NCBI GenBank assembly: GCA_963795785.1
Contig: CAWCKG010000018.1
Location: 49,772 to 113,771 of the forward strand
Source: an uncultured Actinomycetes bacterium
Lineage (GTDB): Bacteria; Actinomycetota; Actinomycetes; Streptosporangiales; Streptosporangiaceae
Length of the DNA stretch: 64,000 bases
Direction: 5' to 3'
The notes beneath the pieces were generated by a model. That model ran no database searches and was not told the DNA's origin. It saw nothing but the letters and a program-made list of their open reading frames with translations. Below are positions 32,293 to 42,877 of this stretch, in pieces. The stretch's first letter is position 1, and the number at the start of each line of letters is the position of its first letter. A program made the translations under genes and the position numbers.

Positions 32293-34312
32293 CTGCCGAA
32301 CCACGCCAGCACCTCCGGGTTGGCGAGAGCGTCGGGGTCGGCGGCGTCGGCCACCGGGGTGCCGAGCAGGATCCTGCGGACCGGCACCTCCAGCTTCTTG
32401 CCCGACAGGGTCCGCGGGATGCCGGGCACCTGGTGGATCTCGTCGGGCACGTGCCGGGGGGACAGCGCCGCCCGGAGCGCCGCCTTGATCCGGCCGGCCA
32501 GGCCGTCGTCGAGCGCCGCACCGTCGGCGAGGACCAGGTAGAGAATCAGCCGCCCGTCGGTGCCGAGCTGCCCGGTGTCCACCACGAGGCTGTCGGCCAC
32601 CTCCGGCAGTTGCTCCACCACCCGGTAGAACTCGCTGGTGCCCATCCGCACGCCGCCGCGGTTCAGGGTGGCGTCGGACCTGCCGAAGATCACGCAGCCG
32701 CCGTCGGGCAGCATGGTGATCCAGTCGCCGTGCCGCCACACCCCCGGCCACGGAGCGAAGTAGCTCGCCCGGTAGCGCGTCCCGTCCGGGTCGTTCCAGA
32801 ACCCGACCGGCATGGACGGCATCGGCGCGGTGAGCACCAGTTCCCCCACCTCGCCGGTGACCGGCCGGCCGGCCGCGTCGTAGGCCTCGACCCTGGCCCC
32901 GAGGCAGGACCCGGCGATCACGCCCGCCCGTACCGGCAGCAGCGGGCACGGGCCGACGAACCCGGTGCACACGTCGGTGCCACCGGAGTAGGAGCCGAGC
33001 AGCAGGTCGCTGCCCACGTCCCGGTAGGCCCAGCGGAACCCCTCCGGCGGCAGCGGCGAGCCGGTGGATCCCACCCCGCGCAGCCTGGACAGGTCGTGGT
33101 CGCGGCCCGGGGCCAGGCCCGCCTTCGCGCACGCCAGCAGGTACGGCGCGCCGGTGCCGAAGTAGGTCACGCCGGCCTCGGCGGCCATCCGCCACAGCGC
33201 GCCGGTGTCCGGATAGGTGGCGCTGCCGTCGTAGGCGACGATCGTCACCCCGGCCAGCAGCCCGCCGGCCAGGAAGTTCCACATCATCCAGCCGGTGGTG
33301 GTGTACCAGAAGAACACGTCGCCGGCGTCGAGGTCCTGGTGCAGGCACAGCGCCTTGAGATGCTCCTGCACGATGCCGCCGTGGCTGTGCACGATCGCCT
33401 TGGGCAGCCCGGTGGTACCTGAGGAGTAAAGAACCCACAACGGGTGGCCATACGCAACGGCCTCGAACTGGAGTGCCTGGCCTGGATCGCCGGGCAGGCT
33501 GGCAAAGGCCAGCGTGCTGCCGGCCCTGGGCTGGTGGTGTCCTCGCCCTGGCCGTCCACCACGATGACCGCGGCCAGGCCGGGCAGGGCCGCGGCGATGT
33601 CGGCCACCGCCACGGCGCGGTCGAACTCCCTGCCGCCGTAGCGGTACCGCTGGACGGCGAACAGCACCTTCGGGGTGATCTGCGCGAACCTGTCGATCAC
33701 GCTGGCCGGGCCGAAGTCCGGCGAGCAGGACGACCAGATCGCGCCGATGCTCGCCGTGGCGAGCAGCCCGATGATCGCCGCGGGAATGTTGGGCAGGTAC
33801 GCGGCGACCCGGTCGCCCGCGGTCACGCCGAGGGCCCGCAGCCCAGCAGCGACCCTGGCCACCTCGGCGGCGAGTTCGCCGTAGCTGAGGGCGGAACGGT
33901 TCCCAGCCTCGTCCCGGGCGAGGATGGCGATCCTGGCCGGATCCGTCGCCGCGGTCCGCAGGGCGTTCTGCGCGTAGTTGAGGGTGGCGCCGGGGAACCA
34001 GGTGACGTCCGGCATCGTGGTGCCGGTGAGCACGGGGCCGTCGCCGCGCTCGCCGGCGATCCCGAAGTAGTCCCAGAGTGAGTCCCAGAACGGGCCGGGC
34101 TCGGTGACCGACCAGTGATGCAGTTCGGAGTAGGCAGCGGGCCCGGTGCCGCCGTCGAGGGCGATCCCCCGCTCGGCGCCGAGCCAGCGGCGGTATGCGG
34201 TGATCCGGGCCCGCTCCAGCACTTCCGGGCCCGGCTGCCACAGCGTGTCGCCGTAGTCGCGCCCCAGGGTGCCCGGCCTGACCTCGTTGTCGGACGGCAT
34301 AGGCCCCAGCAT
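32289..34312 (-). CDS. Acetoacetate-CoA ligase (acetoacetyl-CoA synthetase), one frameshift near 33530
   Basis: The N-terminal half is ORF 33284..34312 (ITAYRRWLGAERGI...WFPGATLNYAQNAL). The C-terminal half is in ORF 32289..34343 (LYSSGTTGLPKAIVHSHGG, SGKKLEVPVRRIL). Confidence 0.9.
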
Positions 34313-34315
34313 CGG

Positions 34316-35544
34316 TCAGTGCACCGCATCCCGGTCGCAACACGGCTCCCCGTGCGCATCCTCACCCGGACCGGCCCTCCTGGCCAGGTAGACCAGGACG
34401 CCCAGCGCCGCCGCACCGGTGATGGCGGGCACCACCCCGCGGCGCAGCCCGATCAGCCAGCCGGCCGCGAGCACCAGCACCCCGGCCTGCCACAGGTGCA
34501 CCAGGGACGCCGCGAGCGGGATGGCCGCGCCGGCGATCGCCCCGATCGCGGCCGGGCCCGCCCCGGTGAGGAAGGCCTGCACCGCGGTGCTGCGCCGGAG
34601 CCGGTCGAAGTACCGGCCCGCGCCGAGGACGAAGCAGAACGACGGGGTGAACGCGACCAGCGAGGCGAGCAGCCCGCCGCCGATCCCGGCCGCCGCGTAC
34701 CCGACCACCGCCACGGTCTGCACCACGGGCCCCGGGGTGACCTGGCCGAGCGCGACCGCGGTGAGGAACTGCCCCGCGGTCATCCAGTGGTAGGTGTGCA
34801 CGGCGTCGTGCTGCATCAGCGGGATGATCACGAAGCCGCCGCCGAAGGACAGCGCGCCGACCTTGAACGCCAGCCAGGCCAGCGAGAGGAGGCCGCCGGC
34901 GGCTACGGCGGTCCCGCGGCCAGCGGCGCCAGCAGGAAGCCCGCCGGGCTGCGGAGCGCTGCGGCGGCCGGGCCCTGATGGCCGCCTCGATCAGCCCGCA
35001 GCCGACCAGGACGGCCACCAGCCAGGGCCCGACCAGCGCGGCGGCGGCACCCCCGGCCAGCAGGTAGCCGGCCCACCTGGCCCGGGCGGCCGTCGTCCCG
35101 GCGCGGCGCCAGCTCGGCGGGGCCAGGCCCAGCGCGGCCGCCACGGCCACCACGGGAACGGCCGAGCCCGCGCCCAGGGCGGCCCCGGCCACCCAGCCCG
35201 GCGGGTGCGCGGCCAGGAACACCGTGGACAGGCCGAGGATCACCACCAGGCCGGGCAGGATGAAGCAGGCGCCGCCCAGCAGGGCGCCCGCCGCGCCGCG
35301 CAGCCGCCAGGCGCAGTAGATGGTGAGCTGCGTGGAGGCCGGGCCGGGCAGCAGGTTGACCACCGCGACGCCGTCCTCGAACTCGCGCGCGTCCAGCCAG
35401 GCCCGGTCGTCGACGACGAGCTTGCGCAGCAGCGCGATGTGCGCGGGCGGGCCGCCGAACCCGATGCAGCCCAGGCGGGTCCACTGGCCCGCGATCGTCC
35501 GCAAGCGGAACCGGTTCTGCCGGAGCGCCTGGCTGGCCGGTCAT
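34316..35544 (-). CDS. chrA: Chromate transporter ChrA (two CHR domains; frameshift near 34950; start uncertain, 35504 or 35544)
   Basis: Contains GFGGPPAHIALLRKLVVDDRAWLDAREFEDGVAVVNLLPGPASTQL and a second domain FGGGFVIIPLMQHDAV...GQVTPGPVV. Confidence 0.8.
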
Positions 35545-35554
35545 GGGGACAGGA

Positions 35555-36317
35555 TCACGAGCGGACGGGCATGGTGAGCCGGTCCACCGCCGCCACCACC
35601 GCGGCCGTGTCGGCCAGGTCGTCCAGCACCACCTCGGCGCCCGCGTCGCGCAGTTCCCCGGCGGACGACCGCCCGCTGGCGACGCCGACCGCCCGGGCTC
35701 CCCCGATCCGGGCGGCCTCCACGTCCCTGATCGAATCGGCGATGTACACGGTGGTGTGCTCGGAGAAGTCCGCGCGGTACTTCTCCGCGGCCCGGCCGCG
35801 CGCGTTCAGCAGCATCGCGCCCTTCGGATACACCTCGGACCCGTAGCCGCCGATCTCGGTGTCCAGGTACCGGTCCAGGCCGAACGCGCGCAGCACCTCG
35901 ATGGCGTTGGGCCGGATGGACCCGGTGAGGACGGTCTGCACCAGGCCGGGCAGCCGCCACACCCCGGTGACCGCTTCGAGGGCGCCCGGCATGAGCAGGC
36001 CCTGCGTGGTGAGCAGCTCCCGGCGGGCGCGGAACGCGGCGGCCAGCTCGCCGACGAACCGGCCGAGCAGTTCCTCGCCCGCCGGGTCGCCCGGCTGCGG
36101 GCCGGCCGCGTTCACCGCGAGCGCCTCGAAGAAGGTTTCCGAGTCGGTCCGCCCGGCCGTCTGCGGCACCTGGATCAGCGGCCGGCCGGTCACCGCGCGG
36201 AACGCCTCGGCGTAAGCCGCCCGGTTCACCCGCGCCTCGTCGAGCAGCGTCAAACCGATGTTCCACAGGACAAGCCGGTAGTAGCGGTCGTCCGGCTGCC
36301 CGGGGCTGCGCGCTCAT
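35555..36317 (-). CDS. HAD-superfamily hydrolase-like protein (N-terminal motif reads WNIGLT rather than DxDxT; start uncertain, TTG 36253 or ATG 36317 with a frameshift)
   Basis: ORF 35555..36253 shows a HAD fold: VLTGSIRPNA, and YIADSIRDVEAARIGGARAVGVASG (motifs III/IV). Confidence 0.6.
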
Positions 36318-36328
36318 AGCGGTGCCAG

Positions 36329-36404
36329 GCTAGTACGGGCCAAGGCCCGGTGACGAAGGAACCGGGCCTTGGCCAGCGGGGGTTCCGGGGGTCGCCCCCC
36401 GGGC
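36329..36404. repeat. Copy A of an approximately 75-nt structured intergenic element
   Basis: A 13-bp perfect hairpin (GGCCAAGGCCCGG / CCGGGCCTTGGCC) has the loop TGACGAAGGAA, followed by CGGGGGTTCCGGGGGTCGCCCCCCGGGC. A second copy lies at 59339-59416. Confidence 0.7.
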
Positions 36405-36432
36405 AAGCGCAGCCGCGGACCCGCGCGCGGGG

Positions 36433-38131
36433 TTGACTGAGACCTGGCCTCCCGGGCCAGTATTACCTTTGGGTAACTTGCCCGGAATCAGACCCTTGGG
36501 GGGGCCGTGCTCGCTAGCCGCCGGGTGCGGGCACGGCCGCGCCCGAAATCCGGCCGCCGCGCGCCGATGGGCGCCCGCCGCCGGGCTCGCCGCGCTGGTG
36601 CTGTGCGGCTGCGGCATGGCTCCCACGCCCGTGATCAACGGCTTTCCCGGGCAGCCCCGGGCGCGCGCGGCTCCGCCGTACCGGTGCCCGGCCAGGGCGG
36701 CGCGCCCGCCAGCCCGGACGGTCCGCCGCCGCGGCCCAGGCGGCCGCCGCGCGGCACCCGGGCACGTACGCCGCGCTGGGCCGCGGCGCGCTGGCGACCC
36801 TGGAGGGCGAGTACTACAACGGCGCGGGCCGGTGGAACCTGTGCGTGCCGCTGCGGTGCTCCGCCGGCAACCGCGACTGGGGCGCCGACTCGCTCACCTA
36901 CGTGCTGTACCTGCACTGGCTGCTCACCGGCGACCCGGCGGTGGCGCCCATCATGAACGCGCTGACCGCCACCTCCCCCAGCGCGCACAGCGGGGTCAGC
37001 GACGTGCCGCTGTGGGACTCGATCGCCGCCGCGCGCGAGTACCAGATCACCCGCAACCCCGCGGCGCTGCGCAAGGCGGAGGCGTCGTTCGCCTCGGTGG
37101 CCGGCTACGGCCAGTTCGCGCTCGGCGCCTGCCCCGGAATCCTGTACCAGCACGCCGGCGGCGGCAGTACCCAGCTCAAGACGCTGGAGACCGATGCCAA
37201 CTACATCAAGGCCGCCGTGCTGCTCTACCAGATCACCCACCAGCGCAGCTACCTGACCCAGGCCGAGTTGCACTACCAGGCGGTCCGGCAGTACTACCTG
37301 AGTCCCGGCACCTCGCTGTACACCGTCTACGTGTTCGACAACGGGACCTCCTGCACCCAGGTGCCCGCGCAGTACTTCGGCTCGGTGAACGGCCTGATGA
37401 TCTGGAACGGCGTACACCCTGGCCCAGGTCACCGGGCAGCAGTCCTATCTCACCGAGGCCATCGCCACCGCGCGGGACGTGACGACGTACCTGGGTGACG
37501 GCACCGGCGTCTATGCCGACCTCCAGGCGGAGAACGACATCACCGAGCCGCTCATCGAGGCGATGTACGGCCTGGCGGCGCAGGGCCACGGCGTTCGCCC
37601 GGCGCTGGCTGCTCGCCTCCGCCAGCGCGGCGGCGGGCTCCCGGAACACGCATACCGGTACCTACGGGAGGTTCTTCGACGGGCCGCCGCCTGCGGCGCC
37701 GGTGACGGCCTGGCAGGGCAGCGGCGGCCTGGCGCTCGCGCAGGTGGCGGCGGCGCTCGACCCGGGGGGCAGGCCCGCCGACCCGGGGTTCTGGTCCGCG
37801 CGCCTCGTTCGTGCGCGACAGCCTGGCCCTGTCCGGCTCCCCGGTCGCGTTCAGCTTCACCGGCCGTGCCGTGGCCATCGTCGGCACGATCGGGGAGCAC
37901 TGCTGCTCCGACGGTCACGCCCAGGTGTTCATCGACGGGGCCCAGACGTTCGACCAGACCGGGATCTGGCAGAACAAGTCGAGTTCGGGCAGGTCGCTCC
38001 CGGATTCGGTGCTGTTCGCCTGGCGGTGGCCGCAGCCGGGACGGCACACCATCGAGATCGCACCGGCCGCCGCCAACGCCAAGCAGGGCGGGTCGTTCTT
38101 CCACATGACCGGGTACTACGTGGTCAGGTGA
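36433..38131 (+). CDS. Putative lipoprotein, glycoside-hydrolase family 76-like, with a C-terminal beta-sandwich-like domain; at least 3 frameshifts
   Basis: Lipobox-like LAALVLCGCG. Segments RWNLCVPLRCSAGNRDWGADSLTYVLYLHW and KTLETDANYIKAAVLLYQIT lie in ORF 36845..37498. The C-terminus is ORF 37811..38131. The family assignment comes from memory of motifs only. Confidence 0.45.
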
Positions 38132-38138
38132 GCCGCGG

Positions 38139-39766
38139 TCAGCCCATGTGCGGGTAGCGGTAGTCGGTGGGCGGCGCGAACGTCTCCTTGATCGTCCGGG
38201 CGTTCACCCAGCGGGTCAGGTTGAGGATCGAGCCGGCCTTGTCGTTGGTGCCGCTGGCCCGGGCGCCGCCGAAGGGCTGCTGCCCGACGACCGCCCCGGT
38301 CGGCTTGTCGTTGATGTAGAAGTTGCCCGCCGCGAACCGCATCACCTCGGTCGCCGCCGCGATGGCCGCCCGGTCCCGGGCGACGATCGAGCCGGTCAGC
38401 GCGTAGGGCGCCACGTCGGCGGCCTGGGCGAGCACCTCGGGGTACCGGGCGTCGTCGTAGACGTGCACGGCGAGGATCGGGCCGAAGTACTCGGTGGTGA
38501 ACACCTCGTCCCCGGGATCGCTGCACTCCAGCACCGTGGGCTGGACGAAGTAGCCCTCCGCGCCGTCCACGCCGCCGGTGAGGACGCGTACCGCGGCCCG
38601 GCCCCTGGCCCGGTCCAGTGCCCCGGTGTGCTTGGCGAACGCGCGCTCATCGATGACCGCGCCCATGAACAGCGACAGGTCCGCGGCGACATCGCCCATC
38701 GTCAGCGATTCCACCTGGGCCAGGAAGTCGTCGCGCATGCCTGTCCCAGAGCGAGCGCGGCAGGTAGGCCCGCGAGGCCGCGGAGCACTTCTGCCCCTGG
38801 TACTCGAACGCGCCGCGGATCAGCGCCGTGGCCAGCACCGCCGGGTCGGCGGAGGGGTGCGCCACGACGAAGTCCTTGCCGCCGGTCTCGCCGACCAGGC
38901 GCGGGTAGCCGCGGTAGCCGGCGATGTTCTCGCCGACCGTCCGCCACAGGTGCTGGAACGTCGCGGTGGACCCGGTGAAGTGGATGCCGCCGAGGTCACG
39001 GTGCGGCAGCGCCACCGTGGACACCGCCTGGCCGTCCCCGGTGACCAGGTTGATCACCCCGGGCGGCAGCCCGGCCGCCTCCAGCAGGCGCATGCGTGGC
39101 GTGCGCGGCAAGCTGCTGCGTCGGCGACGGCTTCCAGATCACCACGTTGCCGAGCAGGGCGGGCGCGGTCGGCAGGTTGGCCGCGATCGAGGTGAAGTTG
39201 AACGGCGTGATCGCCAGGACGAAGCCCTCCAGCGGCCGGTACTCCATCCGGTTCCAGGTGCCCGGGGAGGACAGCGGCTGCTCCGCCAGCAGCCGCCGGG
39301 CGAAATGCACGTTGAACCGCCAGAAGTCGATCAGCTCGCAGGCGGCGTCGATCTCCGCCTGGTACACCGACTTGGACTGGCCCGCGATCGTGGCCGCGTT
39401 GATCGTCGCCCGCCACGGGCCGCTGAGCAGGTCGGCGGCCTTGAGCAGGATCGCGGCCCGGTCGTCGAAGGACATCGCGCGCCAGCCCGGCGCCGCCGCG
39501 GCGGCCGCGGCGATCGCGTCGGCCACGTCCTGCTCCGTCGCATTGTGCATGGTGCCGAGCACGTGCCGGTAGTTGTGCGGCGCGACGACGTCGATGGGCT
39601 GCCCGCCGCCGAACCGCTGGCGGCCGCCGATGGTCATGGTCAGCTCGGCCCGCTCCCCGGTGAGCTCCTTGAGCTTGCCTTCCAGGGCCGTGCGGTCAGC
39701 GCTCCCCGGTGGGTACTGCCTGATCGGCTCGTTGGCTGGCGGCGGCACTGTGGTGACGGCGTCCAT
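38139..39766 (-). CDS. pruA: L-glutamate gamma-semialdehyde (1-pyrroline-5-carboxylate) dehydrogenase, frameshifts near 38745 and 39095
   Basis: Starts at ATG (cat 39764-39766) after GGGAGG. Recognisable pieces: FVLAITPFNFTSIAANLPTAPALLGNVVIWKPS, VGETGGKDF, EYQGQKCSAASR, and a C-terminus QPFGGARASGTNDKAGS. Confidence 0.9.
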
Positions 39767-41207
39767 GACGGCCTCCCTGCGCGTACCCGGCATCATTGGC
39801 GGACACTCCATGGTTGCACGCGGCGGCCAGGGCTCCCACCGCCGCGGCCACGGTGAGCACGAGGGCGCAGTCGTGCAGCGCGCGGACCGGGGATCCGGTC
39901 GCCGCGGCCCGGCTGGCGTACAGGGTGGCGAGCAGCGCGATGCCGAACGAGCCGGACAGCCGCTCGGCCATGTTGAACAGCGTGTTGGCGTCGGGCATCG
40001 CCGCGCTGCCCAGGCCGTCCAGCAGGGCCATGACCAGCGGCTGGACGGTGAGTCCCAGGGCCACCCCGCGCCCGCAGAGCAGTGCGGTGGTGACCCACAG
40101 CGGGGTGGCTGCGGTGAGCAGCAGCAGGCCCAGGGTGCTGGCGGCCAGCAGGGCGAGGCCACCGGACACGCTGGCGGTGATGACCGCCGGGCGGGTCTTG
40201 CTGCGCTCGACCAGCACGCTGCCGAGCCAGCTCGCCAGGCCCATGACCACCCCCTGGGGCAGCAGCACCAGGCCGGTGACCGTGGTGCCGTGGTGCTGGA
40301 TCTGCTGCAGGAACACCGGGGCGAGGAAGAGCACGGCGAACAGGACCACGCTGGCGATGCAGGCCAGCGCCAGGGTGAGGGCCCGGGCCGGGGAGCGCAG
40401 CAGGCTCAGGTTGACCGGTGCCGGGGCCCGGCGCTCCGGGCCAGCCCATCCCGCAGCACGTAGCGGCCACCAGCGCGAGCCCGCCGCCCAGGCCGGCGCC
40501 GCGCCCGGCGGACAGCCAGCCGAGCGCGGGCCCTCTGCTCGCGCCGTAGGTGGCCAGGCCGAGGCCGGCCGCGAGCAGCAGCAGGCCGGGAACGTCGAGC
40601 CGGGCGGCGCCGCCGCCGGTGCATCCGCGGCATTCGCCGGTGCGGCATGGCGCCGCCGCGCGGCCCGCACGCCGGCCAGGGCGAGCAGCCCGATCGGCAG
40701 GTTGATCAGGAACACGCTGCGCCAGCCGAAGGCGCTGATGAGCAGCCCGCCGACCGCGGGGCCGAGGGCCGGGGCGGCGAACAGGACCACGCCTGCGCTG
40801 GCGGGCATGCCCCGGGTCCGGTCCGTCGCGCGCGCCGGGTCGAGGATCAGGCTCATCGCCAGCGGCACCATCGGCGCCCCGGCCAGGCCCTGCACCACCC
40901 GGGCGGCGATGAGCAGGCCCACGCCGGGCACCAGGGCACACGCGGCCGAGGCCAGGGTGAAGGCGAGCAGGGCGGCGCCGTAGGCCGGCATGGTGCCGTA
41001 CCGGCGGGCCAGCCACGGGGTGACGGCCAGCCCGCAGGCGAGCCCGAGCAGGTAGCCGCTCACCGCCCAGGCGGCCGTGCCCAGCGTGGTGTGCAGCCCG
41101 CTCACGATGGCCGGCACCGCGACGTTCACCACCGATGAGTCGATCATCGACAGCATCGGCCCGGCGAGGAAGCACAGCCGCGCCGTGGCGGGCAGCCGGT
41201 GCGTCAT
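39696..41207 (-). CDS. MFS transporter, DHA2 (14-TMS EmrB/QacA-like), frameshifts near 40440 and 40630
   Basis: Starts MTHRLPATARLCFLAGPMLSMIDSSVVNVAVPAI, with further TM segments. The middle part is in the frame of ORF 39793..41223. Confidence 0.8.
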   Translation of the reverse strand: MTHRLPATARLCFLAGPMLSMIDSSVVNVAVPAIVSGLHTTLGTAAWAVSGYLLGLACGLAVTPWLARRYGTMPAYGAALLAFTLASAACALVPGVGLLIAARVVQGLAGAPMVPLAMSLILDPARATDRTRGMPASAGVVLFAAPALGPAVGGLLISAFGWRSVFLINLPIGLLALAGVRAARRRHAAPANAADAPAAAPPGSTFPACCCSRPASAWPPTARAEGPRSAGCPPGAAPAWAAGSRWWPLRAAGWAGPERRAPAPVNLSLLRSPARALTLALACIASVVLFAVLFLAPVFLQQIQHHGTTVTGLVLLPQGVVMGLASWLGSVLVERSKTRPAVITASVSGGLALLAASTLGLLLLTAATPLWVTTALLCGRGVALGLTVQPLVMALLDGLGSAAMPDANTLFNMAERLSGSFGIALLATLYASRAAATGSPVRALHDCALVLTVAAAVGALAAACNHGVSANDAGYAQGGRHGRRHHSAAASQRADQAVPTGER

Positions 41208-41247
41208 GAGCTCTCCCCGGCAACCGCTGCCAGCGCGTCCAGCCACC

Positions 41248-41721
41248 TCAGTTCGTGCCGGAACCGCTCGAGGTGAAGTCCATGACGCGCAGCCCCCACG
41301 GAAGCTCCTCGGCGTCCGGGCGGAGCGTGGCCAGGTGCGCAAGGTGGTCCTCGACGATCTGCCGCCGGGTCCCGAGGATCCGCAGCCGGTCCCCGGTGTC
41401 GAGGTCGGCGAAGAACGCGACCCGCGTCTGGAACTCGTTGTCGTCGGCGAGCAGTGCGGGGTCGGCGTCCCTGATCATCGCCTGGAGCAGGTCATGACCG
41501 GTGTCGGTGAGCCGGTAGACGTTACGCGGCGGTCGCCCGGGGTCGGCCTGGGCGGCCACCCGCTGGATCGCGCCCTGCTCCTCGAACCGCCGCAGCGCCG
41601 GGTAGAGCACGTTGTTGTTGATCGACCGCCCGCCCAGGATGCGCTCGACCTGCTTCTTGATCTCATACCCGTGGCGCTCGCCGTCCGCGAGCACCCGCAA
41701 CATCAGTATGTCAAAGTACAC
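41248..41721 (-). CDS. PadR-family transcriptional regulator
   Basis: Contains LRVLADGERHGYEIKKQVERILGGRSINNNVLYPALRRFEEQGAI...RNVYRLTDTG. It lies upstream of the MFS gene on the same strand. Confidence 0.85.
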   Translation of the reverse strand: MYFDILMLRVLADGERHGYEIKKQVERILGGRSINNNVLYPALRRFEEQGAIQRVAAQADPGRPPRNVYRLTDTGHDLLQAMIRDADPALLADDNEFQTRVAFFADLDTGDRLRILGTRRQIVEDHLAHLATLRPDAEELPWGLRVMDFTSSGSGTN

Positions 41722-41725
41722 GGAG

Positions 41726-41749
41726 TTAATCTAACCTATGTTAGGTTAA
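41726..41749. promoter_or_regulatory. Imperfect palindrome TTAATCTAAC-CTAT-GTTAGGTTAA just upstream of the PadR GTG start
   Basis: 9 of 10 arm positions are complementary. It is an AT-rich island in GC-rich DNA. Confidence 0.45.
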
Positions 41750-41807
41750 CTCAACTAGGCCTGGGCAGGGCCGGGCTTGCACGGGTTTCGTAACGTCCCT
41801 TGCCCGC

Positions 41808-42302
41808 TCAGCCGGCCAGGTGCGGCAGTTCCTGGGTGGCGTACCAGAGCAGTTCGTGGCCTTCCGCGCCATCCACCACAAAACGCGCGTCGTCGTCGCC
41901 GGAGTCCGCGGCCGGCAGCGCCGCCACGGCGTTCGCGACGTCGGCCATCGCCACCTCGTCGTCGACGTGCCCGGCCACCACCCGGGCCAGCGGCACCGGG
42001 ACCAGGATCTCGACCAGGGTCGGCTCGCCGAACCCGGCATTCGTGCCAACCTGCTGGTCCGGCACGTCCGCGGCGAGGACCACGCGGCGGCGCGGCGCCT
42101 GCGGCTCGTCCACCAGGAGCCGCAGCGACGCGCGGGCGGCGTGCGTCATCGCCACGTATTCGAGTTCTTCCAGGTCGCCGCTCGCGTACGACTCGCGGAG
42201 GGCGGGCGTCACCGCGAAGGCGCGCAGCGGCGCGGGGCCAATCTCCGCCTTACGCAGCAGGCCGGCCAGTCCTGGCAGCGTCGCGGGCAGGTAGACACGC
42301 AT
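41808..42302 (-). CDS. Conserved actinobacterial hypothetical protein
   Basis: The likely start is MRVYLPATLPGLAGLL. An acidic protein with no catalytic motif that I recognise. Confidence 0.55.
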   Translation of the reverse strand: MRVYLPATLPGLAGLLRKAEIGPAPLRAFAVTPALRESYASGDLEELEYVAMTHAARASLRLLVDEPQAPRRRVVLAADVPDQQVGTNAGFGEPTLVEILVPVPLARVVAGHVDDEVAMADVANAVAALPAADSGDDDARFVVDGAEGHELLWYATQELPHLAG

Positions 42303-42414
42303 GTGATGGTTTCCAGGCAGCCACGGCAGGCGGAGACACGCAGGCGGGGCCCGCCCCCGAGGTGATCCGAGTCTGCCACCGCGAGCACGCCGTGGCACGG
42401 ACTTCGCCCAGTGA

Positions 42415-42843
42415 TTACCGTTCGCCGGCCAGCGCGGCGGTGACGGCCGCGACCGCGTCGGTCAGCGGCACGTGCTCCCAGATCCGCACGACCCGCCACC
42501 CCGCCGCCGTCAGGGCCGCGTCGGCGGCCCGGTCGCGCGCCACGGTGCGGCGCAGCTTCGGCGCCCAGTACCACTCGTTGACCGCCGGGTTCCGGCCGTG
42601 CTCGGGGCAGACGTGCCAGAAGCACCCGTCCACGAAGACCGCCACCCGCCGTGCGGTGAACGCGATGTCGGGCCGGACCCGTGCCCCGGCGTCCAGGTCG
42701 AGCCGGTAGTCCTTGCGGAACCGGTACCCGGCCCGGTGCAGCGCACTGCGCAGCGCCAGTTCTGGCTTGGTGTCCACGCGCCGGATCGCGCGCATGTTCG
42801 CCCCGCGGCCGGGGCTGGACGAGGCCGGGTAGGCAGCACCCAC
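42415..42843 (-). CDS. vsr: Very-short-patch repair endonuclease
   Basis: Contains TKPELALRSALHRAGYRFRKDYRL...RPDIAFTARRVAVFVDGCFWHVCPEHG...NEWYWAPKLRRTVARD. Confidence 0.9.
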   Translation of the reverse strand: MGAAYPASSSPGRGANMRAIRRVDTKPELALRSALHRAGYRFRKDYRLDLDAGARVRPDIAFTARRVAVFVDGCFWHVCPEHGRNPAVNEWYWAPKLRRTVARDRAADAALTAAGWRVVRIWEHVPLTDAVAAVTAALAGER

Positions 42844-42877
42844 GGACGCTCAGCGTAGAGCGCTCCGCCGGAACTTC

